A DNA stretch of 37,256 nucleotides, from the NCBI GenBank assembly GCA_045633305.1, contig JAZQYG010000177.1, forward strand, positions 1 to 37,256. The letters run 5' to 3'. Origin of the DNA: Clostridia bacterium. GTDB taxonomy: Bacteria; Bacillota; Clostridia; Christensenellales; RUG350. The translations under genes and the position numbers were made by a program. The notes under the pieces are model-generated. The model saw only the letters and a program-made list of their open reading frames with translations, was not told the origin of the DNA and did no database searches. Below are positions 32,889-37,256 of the stretch, in pieces (position 1 is the first letter of the stretch; the number at the start of each line of letters is the position of its first letter).

Positions 32889-34166
32889 CTATTCGTTACA
32901 ATAAAACCAACTAGACGGGGCGGCGTTAGGTTTACGTCCAACGCTCGTATTATCCACTCGTCTATCACGAAGTTCGGGAATCGGATTTTCGGCAACTTCG
33001 TATCTGTAGTCCATACCCTTTCTTCTTATTCTCATATCGATAACGTTGTGCGACGGTACGATATCAATAGTGGGATTGATTATCTTTTGGAACTGGAAAA
33101 AGTCCGCGCTCTCGGGTAAATCTTTGAGTTTTACGTAGTTTTCTCTATCCGAGGTGAACTGCACGGTATCGGCAAGAATTTTACGCACGTAATCGATATT
33201 CTCGTGAAGTGATATAGGCGCTGGGAATTCCCCGTCTCCTATAACTTCTTGCCAGTGCTTATGCTCGTATTTTTCAAGCATATCCGCCGCCTTATGTAAA
33301 TGAGAAATTTCAAAGGCAAGGTTTTCTTCCCAAAGCATTTTGATATACGGGTCAGTTTCGGTGCAGTAACACGACCAGTACAAATAACACTCGCAATATT
33401 CGTGCCACAATAACATTTCTAGCCAAGTTGCAGTCGGGTCCATCAAAGACTCGTACTGGGTAACGTGTTCTTCTTCCACGAGGGCAATTTCTTCGTATAG
33501 TCTACGAGAAATATCGCTCTCACCGAAATTAGTCACGTTCATATAATAGTTCATGGTTTGTTGTTCTGCGGCAGTTATTATCATAGTATTCAATACGGTT
33601 TGAACGTCTGCCGACTTTGTGGATATACTTCTCTTTACGTTATCTAGAGGGAATCTGTGATGAGCAATAGTCGGGCGCGCGGGCATTATTTCGGTATATC
33701 TGCCAACTAACCACTCCGCTTTTACTCCACTTTGCATATCGAGAAGATTTGAATATCTATAAAGATGGTCAAAGTCTTCAAGAAGAGCAAAATCAAGCGC
33801 CGTTTTTACGTCGCAATCGACCTCTCTTTTTGCAAGTTCTGCAGTAAGGTCAACGGCAAGTTGCTCGTAGCCTATGGTATGCTCTAAAATACTTTCGTCT
33901 TGAGGCTTTAAGAGCGAACCTTTAATTTGTTGTTGTTTCTCGATATAACGGGTAAGCGCGAGTTCTCTTTTTAGGTCGGGGTTATCGGTATGACGGGCGA
34001 ATTGATGAGAAAACCAGTTCGCCTCAAACTCCGTGCCGTTCATAAGAATTACCCTTGTTCGAGTATAGGGGTCCACCTCTCTTTTATTATAAGGACGAGG
34101 ATAAAGTTGCTCCCAGTTTTGCAACATTTTTTCAAGTGATTTTGGTTTTTGATTAAACGGATTCAT
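32889..34166 (-). CDS. Ferritin-like (di-iron carboxylate type) protein of unknown function
   Basis: Two ExxH motifs (LVEEEHVTQY, AFEISHLHKA) are each preceded by a candidate ligand Glu (ITAAEQQT, LWHEYCE), giving E...ExxH...E...ExxH spacing. The N-terminal half has weaker similar features (LLEDFDHLY). The ATG at 34166 follows AAAGGAG. Confidence 0.55.
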   Translation of the reverse strand: MNPFNQKPKSLEKMLQNWEQLYPRPYNKREVDPYTRTRVILMNGTEFEANWFSHQFARHTDNPDLKRELALTRYIEKQQQIKGSLLKPQDESILEHTIGYEQLAVDLTAELAKREVDCDVKTALDFALLEDFDHLYRYSNLLDMQSGVKAEWLVGRYTEIMPARPTIAHHRFPLDNVKRSISTKSADVQTVLNTMIITAAEQQTMNYYMNVTNFGESDISRRLYEEIALVEEEHVTQYESLMDPTATWLEMLLWHEYCECYLYWSCYCTETDPYIKMLWEENLAFEISHLHKAADMLEKYEHKHWQEVIGDGEFPAPISLHENIDYVRKILADTVQFTSDRENYVKLKDLPESADFFQFQKIINPTIDIVPSHNVIDMRIRRKGMDYRYEVAENPIPELRDRRVDNTSVGRKPNAAPSSWFYCNE

Positions 34167-34310
34167 AATTTCTCCTTTATTTTTGTTTCTCCTAAACAAG
34201 ATATGACTAAAAAATCTTTTTTGTTAAAAAAATCAAATAAAACGAGAATAAAAAGTGTTTATAATATGGAAATAAAAGTTGTTTCTTCTCTCCTTTGTGT
34301 GCGCTAGCAC

Positions 34311-34346
34311 GAAAAAACCCCACGCTCTTTTGCGTGGGGTTCTTTT
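34311..34346 (-). terminator. Terminator after niaR
   Basis: A 10-bp stem AACCCCACGC (34316-34325) / GCGTGGGGTT (34332-34341). A T-run follows on the minus strand (plus-strand GAAAAAA). Confidence 0.8.
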
Positions 34347-34355
34347 GTATTTTTA

Positions 34356-34868
34356 TTAGTCTCCGTCTACTAAAAATCCGTAACGCTTGAGTTCACTCTC
34401 AATAGCGTCAAGCGTTTCTTCGTTGTCCGCCCTTACCGTATGGTAATGATATCCGCCGGTTATATCCATAAGTTCGGTGGATTTTCCGCTACGAACTCCG
34501 TCCATAAACTTTTTAACGGTTTGCTCGTCGTGAATATTAAGTCCCGCCCGTATTTTTCCGTAAACTTTATGCCAAACGAAATCTTCAACTACTATTGCTC
34601 CGTGTGATACGATACAATAAAGCGCCTTTTCCGTTTCGTCTCTATCGTGGCGCAACTTAAATACCCTCTCTTTGTAGGGGGCTTTTTGAACGATATATCC
34701 GTTATGCGTGGAAATAACGTCGTAGCCCTTTGCCTTTAAGACGGTGATATCTTGAACGATAATTTGACGAGATACACCAAAAAGTTTGGAAAGTTCGCTA
34801 CCCGTTACCGCGCTATCCGAAGATGATAGGTATAAACCTATTTTTGTTCTTCTTTCTTCTGCGTTCAT
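34356..34868 (-). CDS. niaR: NAD-biosynthesis transcriptional repressor NiaR (HTH plus 3H domain)
   Basis: N-terminal HTH (MNAEERRTKIGLYLSS...VTGSELSKLFGVSRQIIVQDITVLKAKGY). The C-terminal domain is His-rich (LRHDRDE, IVSHGA, GGYHYHTV), typical of the 3H domain. It sits immediately after nadC. The start is set at MNAEE; the longer ORF would overlap nadC. Confidence 0.82.
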   Translation of the reverse strand: MNAEERRTKIGLYLSSSDSAVTGSELSKLFGVSRQIIVQDITVLKAKGYDVISTHNGYIVQKAPYKERVFKLRHDRDETEKALYCIVSHGAIVVEDFVWHKVYGKIRAGLNIHDEQTVKKFMDGVRSGKSTELMDITGGYHYHTVRADNEETLDAIESELKRYGFLVDGD

Positions 34869-34869
34869 T

Positions 34870-35721
34870 TTAGATTGCGTGGAGGTTTTTAAGTGAAAGG
34901 TCAAGTATGGGCGCAGAGTGCGTGAGCGCTCCACTTGATACGTAGTCTACGCCAAGGGACACGAGGCGCGCTACATTTTCCTTGGTTACGTTTCCGCTAC
35001 ACTCGGTTTCGGCTTTGCCTTTGGTGAGTCTAACTGCCTCTTTCATATCTTCAACGCTCATATTATCAAGCATAATTATGTCAGCGCCTGCCTCAAGAGC
35101 CTCTTTGAGCATATCAAGGTTTTCAACTTCAACCTCAATCTTTCTTACGAAAGGAGCGTACTCCTTTGCCATTTTGATTGCTTGTTTTACTCCACCTGCT
35201 GCGCCGATATGATTGTCTTTTAATAAAATTCCGTCGCTAAGGTTGTATCTGTGATTGCATCCTCCGCCTACTTTTACAGCATATTTTTCAAAAACGCGCA
35301 TATTAGGAGTGGTTTTTCTGGTATCGAGAAGTTTGGTATTGCTACCCTCAAGCATATCAACTATACTTCTGGTGTAAGTTGCAATTCCACACATCCTTTG
35401 TAAATAGTTAAGTGCCGTTCTCTCACCAGAGAGCAAAACTCTGATATCTCCACGGATTTTACCTATTTTGTCACCCTTTTTAATCTTGTCTCCGTCATTA
35501 TAATAAAACTCGAATTGAGTCGTTTGGTCAAGAATTTCAAATACTCTTTTGAATACGTCAAGACCTGCAAGAATTCCGTCTTGTTTGCAGATAAGTTCAA
35601 CCTCTCCAAGACAATAATCTTTCATAACGGAATTAGTAGTTATATCTTCGCTAGTAATATCTTCTTTTAACGCGCTTTTAATAAGTTCGTCTGCAACAAC
35701 GAGCATAGTAATATTATTCAT
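34870..35721 (-). CDS. nadC: Nicotinate-nucleotide (quinolinate) phosphoribosyltransferase
   Basis: NadC blocks are LSGERTALNYLQRMCGIAT, LLDTRKTTPNMR, VGGGCNHRYNLSD and IMLDNM. Confidence 0.92.
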   Translation of the reverse strand: MNNITMLVVADELIKSALKEDITSEDITTNSVMKDYCLGEVELICKQDGILAGLDVFKRVFEILDQTTQFEFYYNDGDKIKKGDKIGKIRGDIRVLLSGERTALNYLQRMCGIATYTRSIVDMLEGSNTKLLDTRKTTPNMRVFEKYAVKVGGGCNHRYNLSDGILLKDNHIGAAGGVKQAIKMAKEYAPFVRKIEVEVENLDMLKEALEAGADIIMLDNMSVEDMKEAVRLTKGKAETECSGNVTKENVARLVSLGVDYVSSGALTHSAPILDLSLKNLHAI

Positions 35722-36988
35722 GTTTTGCCTTCTCCTTTTCTATTTCGTCCAAAACTAATTTTTTGTATTCTTCTTCGTAGTTTAAATATTTATTTTCATC
35801 AATCACGATAGGTTTATTATATTCAACGGGGGTGTACTCTTGAGTGATTTTGGTTGCCGCTCTTTTTGCAAAAACCAAACTTTCAAGTAAAGAATTGCTT
35901 GCTAAACGATTTTTGCCGTGCACTCCGTTACAAGCAGTCTCTCCCACCGCGTAAAGTCTATCCATCGAGGTTGCGCTATCCGAGTCAACGTCTATTCCTC
36001 CCATAAAATAGTGTTGCGAGGGAACAACGGGTATACTCTCTTTCGTAACGTCGTATCCAGCGGATAAACAATGTTCGTAAATATTCGGGAAATGACTCTT
36101 TATCTCTTCTTCCGGGATAGGTTTCATTGAAAGCCAAACGTGACTAGTGCCCTCTTTCTTCATTTCATCCATAATTGCACCTGCAACTACGTCACGAGGG
36201 AGTAATTCGTTAACAAATCTCTCACCTTTTGAATTTAGAAGTATTGCGCCCTCACCTCTAACCGACTCCGAAATCAAAAATTCTCTTCCCGAATTTTCCG
36301 AATAAAAAGTCGTGGGGTGAATTTGTATATAATCAACGTGCTCAAGTTTGATTCCGTACTTAATAGCAAGAGCAATAGCGTCACCCGTTAAATGTCTGTA
36401 ATTAGTCGAGTGCGCAAAAAGTCCGCCTATTCCACCAGTTGCAAGTATGGTGTAATCGGCTAAAATATAGGACGTTTTACCATCTTTATCCTTTCCGATT
36501 ATACCAAAGCAACGGTTATCTTCACAAATTATATCAATCATAGTATAATTTTCGATAAGTTTTACGTTGGGTAATTTTTTGACGGCGTCAAGTAAATGTG
36601 ACGTTATCTCTTTGCCCGTCTCATCCTCGTGGAAAAGTATTCTGGGTTTGGAGTGCGCGCCCTCTTTAGTATAGGTAAACTCCTCTCCCTTTTTCTCAAA
36701 ACGTACACCGTATCCAACAAGGTCGTTTATCACCGCGCGCGAGGAGCGAATCATAATATCAACCGAGGTTGGATTATTTTCGTAGTGACCAGCCTTCATA
36801 GTATCGTCAAAGAAGGACTGGTAGTCGCTTTCGTCTTTTAATACGCAAATTCCGCCTTGTGCCAAAAAAGAATCGCTGTTTACCGCAACGTCTTTGGTCA
36901 CAATAATTATATTTTTTTCTTTTGGTAGGTTAAGCGCCGAATATAGTCCGGCAACGCCACAACCTACGATTACAATATCAGTTTTCAT
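35714..36988 (-). CDS. nadB: L-aspartate oxidase (short form)
   Basis: FAD motif DIVIVGCGVAGL, then AQGGI, RHLTGDAIALA, HPT, and the GETACNGVHGKNRLASNSLLE block. I prefer the ATG at 36988 (AAAGG Shine-Dalgarno). The ORF-track TTG at 37009 overlaps the end of nadA. Confidence 0.9.
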   Translation of the reverse strand: MKTDIVIVGCGVAGLYSALNLPKEKNIIIVTKDVAVNSDSFLAQGGICVLKDESDYQSFFDDTMKAGHYENNPTSVDIMIRSSRAVINDLVGYGVRFEKKGEEFTYTKEGAHSKPRILFHEDETGKEITSHLLDAVKKLPNVKLIENYTMIDIICEDNRCFGIIGKDKDGKTSYILADYTILATGGIGGLFAHSTNYRHLTGDAIALAIKYGIKLEHVDYIQIHPTTFYSENSGREFLISESVRGEGAILLNSKGERFVNELLPRDVVAGAIMDEMKKEGTSHVWLSMKPIPEEEIKSHFPNIYEHCLSAGYDVTKESIPVVPSQHYFMGGIDVDSDSATSMDRLYAVGETACNGVHGKNRLASNSLLESLVFAKRAATKITQEYTPVEYNKPIVIDENKYLNYEEEYKKLVLDEIEKEKAKHE

Positions 36989-36998
36989 ATTAAGCCTT

Positions 36999-37256
36999 TT
37001 ATTTTGCAATTTCGAGCATTTTGTCTAGTGGCGCGAGCGCCTTGCTTATTTTGTCCTCTTGTAATATAATTTCGTTTTTGCCAGTTTCTAAAACCTCGAC
37101 GATTTTGTCCAGTGTACAAAGTTTCATATCTACGCACACTGGCGTAGTCTTTACAAAATAAAACTTTTTATCGGGATTATCACTCTCTAACCTATGCAAA
37201 ACACCAACTTCAGTACAAATAATGAATTCTTTCGCATCGCTTTCTTTTGCGAATTT
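36999..37256 (-). CDS. nadA: Quinolinate synthase, C-terminal part (5' end beyond the window)
   Basis: The frame stays open to the window edge. My hand translation reads ...KEFIICTEVGVLHRLESDNPDKKFYFV...CVDMK..., matching the C-terminal third of NadA. Its position upstream of nadB and nadC fits. Confidence 0.8.
   Translation of the reverse strand, partial: KFAKESDAKEFIICTEVGVLHRLESDNPDKKFYFVKTTPVCVDMKLCTLDKIVEVLETGKNEIILQEDKISKALAPLDKMLEIAK

Overview
This 37.3 kb window looks like a chromosomal segment from a low-GC, Gram-positive-type bacterium (Bacillota/Clostridia-like). The signs are strong GGAGG-type ribosome binding sites (RBS), several TTGACA-17-TATAAT promoters, many rho-independent terminators, rpmE-DUF1385-prmC-prfA synteny, and NiaR and YitT genes. 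TGA is used as a stop codon, so the genetic code is standard. I support 30 protein-coding genes (one truncated by the window edge) and one tRNA-Arg(ACG).

Most genes are housekeeping:
- dnaB, pepF, a TrmH-family methyltransferase, gltX, prfA, prmC and rpmE
- a nadA-nadB-nadC-niaR operon
- a gpsA-like gene, a MATE exporter and a P1B metal ATPase

I see no CRISPR array, transposase, integrase, phage genes or recognisable defence genes. I cannot point to a clear-cut novel system.

The best leads, in my order of interest:
1. A translationally coupled operon at 20.36-24.48 kb. Its first gene fuses an RNA polymerase alpha-CTD-like domain to WG beta-repeats. It is followed by a tail-anchored propeller/SH3b surface protein and a gpsA-like gene.
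2. An AT-richer, leaderful three-gene cytoplasmic cassette at 24.5-27.3 kb: a class II HpcH pyruvate aldolase, a five-Asp-box sialidase-like propeller, and a CE4 deacetylase.
3. A single polypeptide fusing DUF1385 to the release-factor methyltransferase PrmC.
4. Two non-coding elements that the genes do not explain. One is a strand-segregated array of eight TGAAAT hexamers between two convergent terminators (17.45-17.61 kb). The other is a 143-nt long-stem inverted repeat with an orphan terminator (20.03-20.26 kb).
5. Two apparently leaderless mRNAs (GT4 and YitT).
6. A 425-aa ferritin-like di-iron protein of unknown function.

Every call rests on motif reading by eye. No searches were run.
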